From the NCBI GenBank assembly GCA_019058295.1, contig JAHPZI010000030.1, positions 64,001-128,000 on the forward strand: a stretch of DNA of 64,000 bases, in the 5' to 3' direction. How positions within the stretch are numbered: the stretch's first letter is position 1; every line of letters starts with the position of its first letter. The stretch comes from Promethearchaeota archaeon. Lineage in GTDB: Archaea; Asgardarchaeota; Lokiarchaeia; Sigyniarchaeales; SOKP01. Below are positions 40,952-50,730 of the stretch, in pieces. The notes under the pieces are model-generated. The model saw only the letters and a program-made list of their open reading frames with translations, did no database searches and was not told the origin of the DNA. A program made the position numbers and the translations under genes.

Positions 40952-41134
40952 TGGTCCATCGGGGATTCGAACCCCGGATCTCAGGTTTTTACTAGAATCA
41001 GACGAGTTATCAATATTTATTTTATGTCTGACGGCCACTTATAAGACCTGCGCTTGTTGACCAAGCTTTTTTAAAACCTGTTAACCAATTCAGAGGGTGA
41101 AATAAATTTTCACTATTGGCTGAGCTAATGGACC
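40952..41134 (-). tRNA. tRNA-Ile (UAU) with three introns (41088-41117, 41056-41081, 40987-41038)
   Basis: minus strand: acceptor GGTCCAT/ATGGACC+A, T-arm CGGGG-TTCGAAT-CCCCG, anticodon stem CAGGT/ACCTG with loop CT-TAT-AA (TAT at 41043-41041); removing three BHB-like inserts gives a 75-nt tRNA with D-arm GCTC-AGCCTGGTTA-AAGC; D-loop intron boundaries less certain. Confidence 0.82.
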
Positions 41135-41259
41135 TATAATTTAGTAAAAACTAAAAAAAAATAAAAGTTTTTTTATAATTACATTGTTATATATAGATTA
41201 AATTAAATAAAAAATTACACTTATTATTTTAATATAATAGCTAAATAAGGTGTTTAAAC

Positions 41260-41673
41260 TTGGCAGAAATGCTAACAGACTTGTTGCAAAATATTTATAA
41301 ACGTATTGCACAATTAGGGCAAGCAATTCAAGGTTTAAAGAATACTTTAGACGAATTAAACATGAATATTGAGCAGAAAATAAGCAATTTGAATGAAAAA
41401 ATCTCAGAATTCTCAAGAGAGATAAATGTAACTCAAACAATATATATCGACGCATTAAAAGAGATTGGAGAAGGAATTAAAAATGAGTTTGGAAAAATTC
41501 GACAAGGTTTTGCACTCGATTCCTTTGAAAAAATGCTTTCTTCACTCGAAGATTTTGAAAAATTAGCCTCTGAAGTGCTAAATCAAGATACTGTAAATTT
41601 ACTTTTATCAGAAGCAATTGAGTCTGTAAATAAAATGAAAAAGAATCTACGTGAGGAGGAGGTGAGTAGTTAA
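41260..41673 (+). CDS. coiled-coil hypothetical protein (TTG start)
   Basis: heptad helical pattern; AAGGTG SD upstream. Confidence 0.7.
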   Translation: MAEMLTDLLQNIYKRIAQLGQAIQGLKNTLDELNMNIEQKISNLNEKISEFSREINVTQTIYIDALKEIGEGIKNEFGKIRQGFALDSFEKMLSSLEDFEKLASEVLNQDTVNLLLSEAIESVNKMKKNLREEEVSS

Positions 41674-41674
41674 T

Positions 41675-42091
41675 TTGGCTGAACAACTCTTAGACCAAAT
41701 GATTGAACAAATTAACTCAATTACCCAATCATTGGACGGTACAATTGCCCAAATTCAGAATATGGGTAATGCTATTAATGCTATGAGTCAAAAATTTAGT
41801 GAGGAGACCGTAAGCCTAACGGAGAATATCAGGTTAATCGTAGAAGTTTTAAAACAATTTCGCGTGCAGTCTTCTAAAAGTTTGAAAGATTTATCTGATG
41901 AATTAGGTGAAAAAATACAAGAATTATGGGATAAAAATTCTATAGACACTATCCTAAAACAAGAAAAGAAGGCAATTGACGCAATAAGACAAGGAGAAAA
42001 AGCTGTTTCCAATAATCTATATTACGCCCAATTACTTTCTATAATTCGTTCTATTAGAGAAGAAACAAATAGAGTTTTAAAAAAAACTTAA
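41675..42091 (+). CDS. coiled-coil hypothetical protein (TTG start), probable distant paralog of the upstream gene
   Basis: GGAGGTGA SD; MAEQLLDQM vs MAEMLTDLL; near-identical length (138 vs 137 aa). Confidence 0.7.
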   Translation: MAEQLLDQMIEQINSITQSLDGTIAQIQNMGNAINAMSQKFSEETVSLTENIRLIVEVLKQFRVQSSKSLKDLSDELGEKIQELWDKNSIDTILKQEKKAIDAIRQGEKAVSNNLYYAQLLSIIRSIREETNRVLKKT

Positions 42092-42155
42092 GTTAATTTT
42101 TTTTTAACATTTAAAATTACTTTTTAATAGTTAACTTTAAGGTGACTTAAATTTT

Positions 42156-43052
42156 ATGCCAAAAGGCTTATTTATTGTATTATTGCCAAGAGAAGCGGAT
42201 TATAAAATTCTAGGCTATTATTTAAAAAACACTGAAATAGATTTCGAAGTATCAAATGATTTGTTTTTAAGGCTAAATTTAGACCACTCAAAGAATACAT
42301 TTAATTTTTTAAAATTAAAAAATTATATTATAATTTCTTATCTTCATAATTTCACAGGAAAAATAAGTCGAAAAGCCTCTGGAATAATAGTTGGAGTATT
42401 ACTAAACGAGGGTGAAGAACCCGAAAAATTTAGAGCTCCGATGAAAAATACCGCAATTTCTATAGAATCTTTAAACTTTTTAGAGATTCCAAAAGAAGAA
42501 TTTGAAGAAAAATTAAAAGCCATTTATGAAAAACATATTGAAACGTTAGATGATATTTTAAACGCTGATGCATTAAAAGAAAGTATAATCAATCTAACTA
42601 AAGAAATGTTAAGCGAAGGTAAAAAAGAAAGAAGAATTGCGCAAGAATTATTACAAAAAATTGAAGATAAAGTGCATACAAAAATTTCTGAATATTATAA
42701 GGCTGCTGAGAGCGCTTTAAAATCGCTAGATTACGAAAGAGCTGGAAAGCTTTTCAATAAAGCCGCAGAAGTTGCAGAAGAGTTAAAAGTAAGAGATCTA
42801 GCTAAATCGTTAAGGGAGAGAGCTAGTTTATCTGTAGATATACCAGATTTGTCTAAAAAACGTGATGAAATCGTGAGAGAGGCAAGAAGCGCGTTAAGGA
42901 AAGAAGACTTCCACGCCGCTTATACATATTATAAAAAAGCAAGCGAGTTATCCAAAAAACTAATGCAAACTGAAAAAGAAGAAGAATATACTTTAAAGTC
43001 AAAAGCATTACAGGATTTTTATCAAGCAGAACAAAGATTTCAGAAAAAATAA
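42156..43052 (+). CDS. hypothetical protein: longin-like alpha/beta N-domain + TPR-like helical hairpins
   Basis: MPKGLFIV...ILGYY...IIVGVLLNE N-domain; C-terminal A..AL...DY..A...F.KA repeats. Confidence 0.5.
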   Translation: MPKGLFIVLLPREADYKILGYYLKNTEIDFEVSNDLFLRLNLDHSKNTFNFLKLKNYIIISYLHNFTGKISRKASGIIVGVLLNEGEEPEKFRAPMKNTAISIESLNFLEIPKEEFEEKLKAIYEKHIETLDDILNADALKESIINLTKEMLSEGKKERRIAQELLQKIEDKVHTKISEYYKAAESALKSLDYERAGKLFNKAAEVAEELKVRDLAKSLRERASLSVDIPDLSKKRDEIVREARSALRKEDFHAAYTYYKKASELSKKLMQTEKEEEYTLKSKALQDFYQAEQRFQKK

Positions 43053-43071
43053 TAATTGTAATGACAGAATC

Positions 43072-43887
43072 TTGACAAATATTATTGCTATTTTAACTGA
43101 TTTTGGTCCTCTTGGAGGTCATTATGTCGCAAGTATGAAGGGTATCATTCTAAAAATTAATCCTAATGTTAAAATCATTGATATCACTCAAAATATTTCC
43201 TCTTATTCTATAATTGAAGGATCATATCTTATTAAAACTACATATAAACATTTCCCTGAACATTCAGTTTTTGTAGTAGTAGTCGATCCTGGTGTTGGTA
43301 GTTCAAGAGAAATTCTTGCCTTCAAATCTGATTCTAACTATTATTTTATTGGACCTAACAATGGTATATTTTCAACCATATTCTCAAATGAAAAAATTGT
43401 TGAATGCGTAATCGTTAACAATGATGAATATTTCAATAAACCTGTCTCAAATACATTTCACGGACGAGATATTATGGCTCCTATAGCCGCTCATATTACC
43501 CTTGGAGTCCCCCTACGTAAATTTGGTCCTAACTTCAATTTAGATAATTTAACTGAGATTAACGTTGAGTATAGAGTAATTCCTAATGAGAGAACTATTC
43601 ATTGCACAGTACAATACATTGATAATTTTGGAAATATAACAACAAATATCCCAATAAAAGATAACTTAATTGAAGGATCATCTCTCTCACTAAAAGATAC
43701 AATAGAATTAGAATCTAAAAACAAAAAATATCGGGGGAAATTTGTAACCCATTTTGCTAGCGAATCTCTCCATTCTTTATTATTTCTTGTTGGATCCACT
43801 GGTTATCTTGAAATCTCGAAGAATCAAGGAAATGCTGCTAAAGATTTCATACTTAAAGTAGGTGATATTATTACTATTAGAATATGA
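43072..43887 (+). CDS. SAM hydroxide adenosyltransferase (DUF62)
   Basis: LTDFG, YVASMKG, VVDPGVGS.R, GPNNG, SNTFHGRDIMAP, IDNFGN, GSTGYLEI. Confidence 0.93.
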   Translation: MTNIIAILTDFGPLGGHYVASMKGIILKINPNVKIIDITQNISSYSIIEGSYLIKTTYKHFPEHSVFVVVVDPGVGSSREILAFKSDSNYYFIGPNNGIFSTIFSNEKIVECVIVNNDEYFNKPVSNTFHGRDIMAPIAAHITLGVPLRKFGPNFNLDNLTEINVEYRVIPNERTIHCTVQYIDNFGNITTNIPIKDNLIEGSSLSLKDTIELESKNKKYRGKFVTHFASESLHSLLFLVGSTGYLEISKNQGNAAKDFILKVGDIITIRI

Positions 43888-43898
43888 GGTATTATTGA

Positions 43899-45035
43899 AT
43901 GAAATCAAATGATGAAATTTTAGCCTGTATCAAAAAAGAAGATATTAAATATCTACAAGCGGGGCAACTTTCCAATTATATCTTTCCTATGAACCGTAGT
44001 GAAGCTCATCAGAAAAAGATTAGCCACCTCATCGTTCGACTCTTTTTAATGGCAATTACAGCTGATAACAAAATCCTATATTTAGTACAAAAAAGAGGTA
44101 AAAGTAAAAGAGGGTATCCTGAATACTTCACAGATTCCGCTTCAGGCCATGTTGAATATAAAGATAAATTAACGCTTAATGACATAAAAAAAAATGCGTT
44201 AAGAGAGCTTGAAGAAGAATTTGGGATTGCTGAAAAATATATTCAAAAGATTTTATTCTACAATTTACACACTGAAGAAGATAGCTTCACTCCAGAAATC
44301 GCATACATTTTTTTCGCGTTAGTTGACTACCCTATCAAACTATACCCAAATCCCAGTGAGTTAGAACTCAACGGGAGCCAGTTTTATACCAAAGAGGAGC
44401 TAAAAAATTTAATGAATTATGAAAAATTAGTTGATTATTCTCGAGAAATCTGGGAATTTTTATTGAAACAGAATATAAAAACACTTTTTGAGAAAAAACA
44501 AGGCTCTAAAATCGAAAAAGATAAAGTAGGATTGTTTATTGGAAGATTTCAGCCATTTCATAATGGTCATTTATATGTGATAAAAAAAATGTTAAAGAAG
44601 TGTGAAAAAGTCAAATTAGGAATTGGGAGCTCCCAATTCTCTCATACTATGAATGATCCTTTCTCTGCAGAAGAAAGAAAGCAATTTATCATATCTACAT
44701 TAGAATTCGAAAAGATACCTAAGGAAAGGATTGAAATCTTTGACATAGTTGATATTTTTAATGCTCAAAAATGGGTCGATCACGTAATAGGTATAATCGG
44801 AGATGTCGATATTATTTATTCTAATAGCGACTGGGTGAGAACTCTATTTACTAACAAGAGTTATCTGGTCGCAGACAAATTACCCTTGAAAATGGATAAA
44901 TTAAATGCTACACGCATCAGAGATCTAATCTACAATGATGATGATGAATGGCTAGATTTAGTACCTAAAGAAGTCTCAAAATTAATTAAAGAATTTAAAG
45001 GGATTGAAAGAATAAAATCGCTTAAAAATAATTAA
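43899..45035 (+). CDS. Nudix hydrolase fused to nicotinamide-nucleotide adenylyltransferase (NadM)
   Basis: N-half LVQKR...SASGHV...ALRELEEEFG; C-half FIGRFQPFHNGH, IGSSQ.SHT..DPF, ATRIR. Confidence 0.88.
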   Translation: MKSNDEILACIKKEDIKYLQAGQLSNYIFPMNRSEAHQKKISHLIVRLFLMAITADNKILYLVQKRGKSKRGYPEYFTDSASGHVEYKDKLTLNDIKKNALRELEEEFGIAEKYIQKILFYNLHTEEDSFTPEIAYIFFALVDYPIKLYPNPSELELNGSQFYTKEELKNLMNYEKLVDYSREIWEFLLKQNIKTLFEKKQGSKIEKDKVGLFIGRFQPFHNGHLYVIKKMLKKCEKVKLGIGSSQFSHTMNDPFSAEERKQFIISTLEFEKIPKERIEIFDIVDIFNAQKWVDHVIGIIGDVDIIYSNSDWVRTLFTNKSYLVADKLPLKMDKLNATRIRDLIYNDDDEWLDLVPKEVSKLIKEFKGIERIKSLKNN

Positions 45036-45040
45036 AGGAT

Positions 45041-46138
45041 TTATTTCATATAGTCTAATCTTGATTCACTTTCAGGTTTTTCGTAAAAAATTAACTTATT
45101 TTTATCCAATTTAATGTAAAAACCTTTTTCTCTAATCGTTTCAAAAATTTTGAATTTTATCTCGTTATTGTTAAATTCTGAACTTAATTCAGGTGTTTTA
45201 TATTTGACGTATTCAATAATATCCCTTAATAAAGCGGAAGTTGAAATCGAGGAAAATAAATCCAATGCATCTTCTATCCTTTTCAATAATGTTGAAACCA
45301 TATCAAATTTAGACTTAGCTTTCTCAATTTTTTCATAAAGTTTAAGTGCCTCATTACTTTGATTAAGCTCCAAAGATCGATTACATGCGTCAAGAGCCCT
45401 TTTATATGCTTTTGCCACATAAAACCCATTAGCTAAATTATTCCACATTATAGAATCATTGCTGTTATCATTAATCATGTTTTTATATATTTTGATCATA
45501 TTTGAAAAAGGCAAATCGTAAAGCCAATCTATTTCAAAAGCTTTTGTATAAGCATCAATCGCTTCAGCGTATAGTTTCTTGCAATAATAGACCCACCCAA
45601 TATTATTCCAAGCGATCTTAGAGTATTTATCGAGCTTTAAAGCTTTCTTGTAAGCGGCTATTGCCTCATCATATTCCTCCAAGAACCTATGAGCTCGTCC
45701 TAAATCTATCCAATTCGCAGTATTTAAATGATCTATATTTAACGCTTTTTTCAACACTTTTATCACGTCGGTATACTCTTCTCTCTCGAAATAGATATTT
45801 GTAAGATTTACCAAAGGAACATCGTAAGATGGATCTATTTCTAAAGATTTCTTATACAATTCAATAGCTTCTTCTATTTGACCCTGGCATTCTTTAGTGT
45901 AACCTATGTTGTTCAGAGCTGTTTTATTGTCTGGTTCGATGTCTAAAACCCGATCATAATAATCAATAGCTCTATCATATTCTTCTAAATGTCGATAAGA
46001 TAACCCTATTTTAATAAGCAAATCTATATTATTAGGCTCTAAATCCAAGGCCCTTTTATATACATTAATGGCCTCATTATATTTGCCTTTATCGAAATAA
46101 TTACTTCCTTTGTCCATTAATTCTTTAGCTTTAGCCAT
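45041..46138 (-). CDS. TPR repeat protein
   Basis: about seven 34-aa repeats (AI..Y.KAL.LDP....W.N.G). Confidence 0.9.
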   Translation of the reverse strand: MAKAKELMDKGSNYFDKGKYNEAINVYKRALDLEPNNIDLLIKIGLSYRHLEEYDRAIDYYDRVLDIEPDNKTALNNIGYTKECQGQIEEAIELYKKSLEIDPSYDVPLVNLTNIYFEREEYTDVIKVLKKALNIDHLNTANWIDLGRAHRFLEEYDEAIAAYKKALKLDKYSKIAWNNIGWVYYCKKLYAEAIDAYTKAFEIDWLYDLPFSNMIKIYKNMINDNSNDSIMWNNLANGFYVAKAYKRALDACNRSLELNQSNEALKLYEKIEKAKSKFDMVSTLLKRIEDALDLFSSISTSALLRDIIEYVKYKTPELSSEFNNNEIKFKIFETIREKGFYIKLDKNKLIFYEKPESESRLDYMK

Positions 46139-46297
46139 TATTTTAACCTTAAATTATTTCTTTCCTATTAATATGAATAAAAAATGGTTAGAATAAATTA
46201 ACACTAACTCTTTATGTATTATATAGTGTAGCATTTTTAATAATTGTTTTAAATCATACTAATTATTTAAATTAAAAAAAAAAAGAGAAATAGAATT

Positions 46298-48589
46298 ATG
46301 ATAACGAGATTATTAGAATCCAATGGAGTTGTTCAACATAGAGTAGATAGCATAAAACTTCAAAAAAAAGAAGGAGATTCATTAATTTTTGATACTTCAA
46401 TTAATATCAGGAAAGGAACTCTTAACGACTCTTTTAATGGATTTGAAGATCTTTCTGAAGCATTTAAAGAATATAGAAAATTGAAAGAAAGTCCAGGGGC
46501 TCTCCGAATTGATGTTATTACTGATAGCATTATACGGATTCGCTATAAAGAAGCAGAAAAAGTAAATAATAATGAAAATCCTATGGTTATAGGAAGGTTT
46601 GAGGGTCCCTCAAAACTGAAAATAAAGAAAGGATCAAAACAAATTTTAATTACGACTGGACAAATATTTTTTTCTATAAGACTAAAACCGTTCCGAATAG
46701 AAATATTTACTCTAAATAATGTTAAACTATGTGGTATAAGTGGATTAGAAAAAAATAATTTTAACAATTGGGATGCTTTTGGCACAGCTATTTGTTATTC
46801 AAAAAAAAATAATTCTCCAATTGGTGTAGAAAAGTTTGATCTTCATCCTCATGAAGCCATCTATGGATTTGGTGAGCAATTCACTAGATTAAATAAAGTA
46901 GGACAAACTCTTGATCTTATCATGAAGGAAGCGTTAGGCACAACTTCGCCCCGTAGCTATAAGAACACTCCTTTCTTCGTAAGTACCAAAGGTTATGGTG
47001 TATTTTTTAATCATTCATGTCCTATGACAGTGTGGGTTGGCAGCATGAGTGCTACCGATGTTCAAGTTGCTGTGGAAGATGATTTTCTAGATTATTATGT
47101 AATTTTAGGGAATATTAAAGAAATCTTATCGCAATATACTGATATTACTGGAAAAGGAGTGCTCCCTCCAAAATGGACATTTGGATATTGGCAAAGTAAA
47201 ATATCTTATAAATCAGCTGAAGAAACACTCAAAGTTGCTACGAAATTGCGAGAAAATGAGATTCCTTGTGATGTAATTCATATAGATACACACTGGTTTA
47301 AAAAAGATTGGTATTGTGATCTTGAATTTGATAAAGAGCGCTTTGCTGACCCTAAGAAGCTGTTTGAAGAATTATATAAAATGGGATTTAAAGTATCTTT
47401 ATGGCAACTTCCATACATACCTGAAGGTTCCAAATATTATGAAGAGTTAAAATCTGTTGATGGATTTGTTAAAACTAAGGAGGGAGAAATTTATGATACA
47501 GGGATTTGCATGGTTCAAGGATTCAAGGGAGTTTCCGCTTGTATTGATTTTACTAATCCAAAGGCAGTAGAGGTTTATCAAAAATGGATTGGTAAACTCC
47601 TCAAATTAGGGATTAAAGTTATTAAAACAGATTTTGGTGAAAGCGCACCTTTAGATGGTGTTTATTATGATAGAACACCAGGACATCGAATGCATAATCT
47701 TTATCCATTATTATATAATAAAGCTGCATGTCAAATTACAAAAGAGATGACTGGTGGGATTTGTATGTGGTCTCGTTCAGCATGGGCCGGCAATCAGCGT
47801 TATCCAGTTCATTGGGGTGGAGATAGTACATCAAATTGGGCTAATATAATACCTCAACTTGAAGGAGGATTATCCTTCGGACTTTCAGGATATCAATTCT
47901 GGAGTCAAGACATAGGAGGGTTTGCAGGTTTAACTATCGGCAAACTTCTTATACGTTGGATGCAACTAGGACTATTTCATTCACATAGTCGTATTCATGG
48001 GATGGGAAAGCGGGAAATCTATAAGTTCCGTCCAAATATCATGAGAATTTGTCGAGATTATATTCAGCTTCGATATCAACTTCTCCCTTATATTTATGGC
48101 TCTGCATTTGATTGTGTAGAAAAATCCCTTCCTATGACACGGGCATTAGTAATTGAATTTCAAGATGACCCTAACGTATGGAATATTTCAAATGAATTCA
48201 TGTTTGGAGATAATCTGCTCGTAGCTCCAATAACAGATGATACTAATACAAGAGAAATATATTTCCCCAAAGGTGTTTGGACTGACTGGTGGAATGGTGA
48301 ACGTATTAAGGGTGGAAAATGGATAAATGTTGAGGTAGATATTGAAACGTTACCACTTTATATTCGTGAAGGAGGAATTATTCCTATAGGTCCTGTCATG
48401 AATTATGTTGATGAAATTGAGACTGATGAAATTGAATTACGAATTGGTAAGTTCGAGGGAGATGGTAAATCAACATTTATGGTTCCTGTTAAAGATGACA
48501 GGATAAAGGTAGAATATATAGCATCAAATGATAAACATGAAATTAATGTAGGAAAAACTGATGTTAAATTTTTAATTAATATGGGATAA
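46298..48589 (+). CDS. GH31 alpha-xylosidase/alpha-glucosidase (YicI-like)
   Basis: YGFGEQF, YKNTPF, PPKWTFGYW, KTDFGE nucleophile, HWGGD, WSQDIGGF, HSRIHG. Confidence 0.92.
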   Translation: MITRLLESNGVVQHRVDSIKLQKKEGDSLIFDTSINIRKGTLNDSFNGFEDLSEAFKEYRKLKESPGALRIDVITDSIIRIRYKEAEKVNNNENPMVIGRFEGPSKLKIKKGSKQILITTGQIFFSIRLKPFRIEIFTLNNVKLCGISGLEKNNFNNWDAFGTAICYSKKNNSPIGVEKFDLHPHEAIYGFGEQFTRLNKVGQTLDLIMKEALGTTSPRSYKNTPFFVSTKGYGVFFNHSCPMTVWVGSMSATDVQVAVEDDFLDYYVILGNIKEILSQYTDITGKGVLPPKWTFGYWQSKISYKSAEETLKVATKLRENEIPCDVIHIDTHWFKKDWYCDLEFDKERFADPKKLFEELYKMGFKVSLWQLPYIPEGSKYYEELKSVDGFVKTKEGEIYDTGICMVQGFKGVSACIDFTNPKAVEVYQKWIGKLLKLGIKVIKTDFGESAPLDGVYYDRTPGHRMHNLYPLLYNKAACQITKEMTGGICMWSRSAWAGNQRYPVHWGGDSTSNWANIIPQLEGGLSFGLSGYQFWSQDIGGFAGLTIGKLLIRWMQLGLFHSHSRIHGMGKREIYKFRPNIMRICRDYIQLRYQLLPYIYGSAFDCVEKSLPMTRALVIEFQDDPNVWNISNEFMFGDNLLVAPITDDTNTREIYFPKGVWTDWWNGERIKGGKWINVEVDIETLPLYIREGGIIPIGPVMNYVDEIETDEIELRIGKFEGDGKSTFMVPVKDDRIKVEYIASNDKHEINVGKTDVKFLINMG

Positions 48590-48657
48590 ACTGATGTTAA
48601 ATAATTATTTTAAATCAAATTAATTAAAATCAAAAAAAAAGAGAAAAAGAAGGATTA

Positions 48658-49725
48658 TTGAACGACACTTTTTTGGAAATAGATGGTTCTTTTGGAGAAG
48701 GGGGTGGTGCAATACTTCGATTAAGTGCTGGATATTCTATTCTATTTAATCAACCAATTAGAATTAATAACATACGTGCAAATCGTCCAAAACCAGGCTT
48801 AAGGTTGCAGCATGTATTAGGACTTAAAACTCTTGCTGAATTAACTAATAGTCAATTAAGTGAATGTAAAGTTGGCACGCGTGAAATAACATTAATCCCT
48901 AATAAACAGCTATTGCCCAAAATAAATGTTAATATCGCCACTGCTGCAAGTATTGGTCTTCTATTGCAACCAATTCAAATTGCTTGTTTGAATCTTAAAA
49001 GACTCAACCCAATCGAAATCTCTCTTTCAGGAGGAGGTACTTTTGGAAAATGGGCGCCTGACCTCAATTACCTTAATGAAGTTACATATAAAATCTTTAA
49101 AAATTCAGGATTAAACATTGAAATAAAAATTCAAAAACATGGATTTTATCCCAAAGGAGGAGCTCAAGTAAAATGTATCATATCTCCTCTTAAACAAAAT
49201 CTAATACCTATAAATTTAACAGAATTAGGAAATATTGATATAATTGAAGGTGAAATTATTATTACCAATCAATTAAGGAGAAAAAGAGATAATATAGCAG
49301 AAAGAATTCGAAAATCAATAAAACAGCAAATTAAAAGAAACCTAAAGATAGAAACAGAGATAAAATATACTTGGGTAAGTTCAACTAGTCCTGGAGTAGG
49401 GCTTTCTTTATGGGCTCACTCCGATAATGGTGCTATTATATCAACAGGAACTATTTTGGGAGAAAAACGCATTTCTTCGGAGAAACTCGGGATTATTGCA
49501 GCAGATGAACTGATAAAATATGTGAAAAACGAGATTCCAGTTGATAATTATTTAAGCGACCAATTAATACCGTTAATGGCTTACGTCAAGGAACAACCTT
49601 CCAGAATAAAAGTTTTAGAAATTACAAATCATACCAAAACAAATTTAGAGTTAATTAAAAAATTTATAAATCGAGATTATATAATTACCAAAGAAAAACA
49701 TTATTTTTTAATAGAATATCAATAA
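48658..49725 (+). CDS. rtcA: RNA 3'-terminal phosphate cyclase
   Basis: EIDGSFGEGGG.ILR, IRANRPKPGL..QH, GFYPKGG, YLSDQL, catalytic His in ITNHTKTN. Confidence 0.95.
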   Translation: MNDTFLEIDGSFGEGGGAILRLSAGYSILFNQPIRINNIRANRPKPGLRLQHVLGLKTLAELTNSQLSECKVGTREITLIPNKQLLPKINVNIATAASIGLLLQPIQIACLNLKRLNPIEISLSGGGTFGKWAPDLNYLNEVTYKIFKNSGLNIEIKIQKHGFYPKGGAQVKCIISPLKQNLIPINLTELGNIDIIEGEIIITNQLRRKRDNIAERIRKSIKQQIKRNLKIETEIKYTWVSSTSPGVGLSLWAHSDNGAIISTGTILGEKRISSEKLGIIAADELIKYVKNEIPVDNYLSDQLIPLMAYVKEQPSRIKVLEITNHTKTNLELIKKFINRDYIITKEKHYFLIEYQ

Positions 49726-49817
49726 TCCCCTTTTTAATGAAACATTAATAATCAAAAGAAATTTTTATAAGATCATTATTATATGAATATTAAAATTAAT
49801 TTTCAAATTCTCTATAA

Positions 49818-50729
49818 ATGTCAACCACCGCACTCTTAAGATGTCCAAGATGTGGAAACGAAAATCCTGCTGATAGTTTTGTTTGTTCTTTCTGCGGCAA
49901 TAGATTAAAAATGGAGACTATTGAAAATTTTTTCCTATTTCGTCGAATTGAAGATCCCTGGATAACTCCACTCCCATGGTATATGAAAATCTATTATCTT
50001 TTTAGAGATCCAGCTCGCGCATTCAATGATATCAATCATAAAAGAAGTGCAGCTCCCGGTTATCTCATTTTGTTATTGAACTCTTTTTTATGGGGTCTTA
50101 TGGGTTTGGCTTTTATTTCACATTTTATATTTCAACCGCCTTCAATTAGATTTATTTTCGCATTTACATTTTTTTTAGTTTTTTTTACGTTTGGACTTAT
50201 TATCAATTTTATTTTTTATACAATTCTAACTTGGTTTTTTATTAAAGGTGCTAATTACTCCGTTGGATTTTCCGAAAGATTGGAACTCCGTTTTGGAGGT
50301 GAAAAAGAAATAAAAGAAATGCAAAAGAAAGCTGAAATGAGTCCATTTTCTATTTATAAAGGAGGTACACTATTACAAACACAAGAAGCGAATAAATATA
50401 AAATGCTGTTCTGCAGTTTTGCTCCCTTGTTATTAATTAACTCACTTAAAATTATTATAATTCTTGTTGCGTTCCCAACAGTTAACATTTATACTGAAAG
50501 TGAAATCTCTCCTATTGTTTTTAATAGTATATTTCAATCTCAAGTATGGGCCGTTCTTGATGTTATGGATGCCTTAACTATTGCAATATGGGTTCCTATT
50601 TTAATGACTCTCGCGATCAGAGACTTGTCTAATTCATCTACATTTCGTGTTTTAATATCATCTCTGATAATAGGTGGATTTGTTGCAGTCATCATATTTT
50701 TTCTGAGACCTACTCTCCTTGGAATTTAA
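49818..50729 (+). CDS. zinc-ribbon + Yip1-like membrane protein
   Basis: CPRCG...CSFCG; LFRDPARAFNDI followed by about five TMs (Yip1-like pattern). Confidence 0.6.
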   Translation: MSTTALLRCPRCGNENPADSFVCSFCGNRLKMETIENFFLFRRIEDPWITPLPWYMKIYYLFRDPARAFNDINHKRSAAPGYLILLLNSFLWGLMGLAFISHFIFQPPSIRFIFAFTFFLVFFTFGLIINFIFYTILTWFFIKGANYSVGFSERLELRFGGEKEIKEMQKKAEMSPFSIYKGGTLLQTQEANKYKMLFCSFAPLLLINSLKIIIILVAFPTVNIYTESEISPIVFNSIFQSQVWAVLDVMDALTIAIWVPILMTLAIRDLSNSSTFRVLISSLIIGGFVAVIIFFLRPTLLGI

Positions 50730-50730
50730 A

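Noticed and set aside
48555-48602. 15-bp direct repeat aaactgatgttaaat around the GH31 stop codon
   Set aside because: Only two copies 33 nt apart, with no transposase, integrase or matching repeat seen at the other end of the gene; probably a local duplication.
49540-49640. RtcA possibly inactive (VDNYLSDQ rather than VDxHLxDQ)
   Set aside because: The nucleophilic His is the downstream ITNHTKTN His, which is intact, and Tyr at the first site occurs in active homologs.
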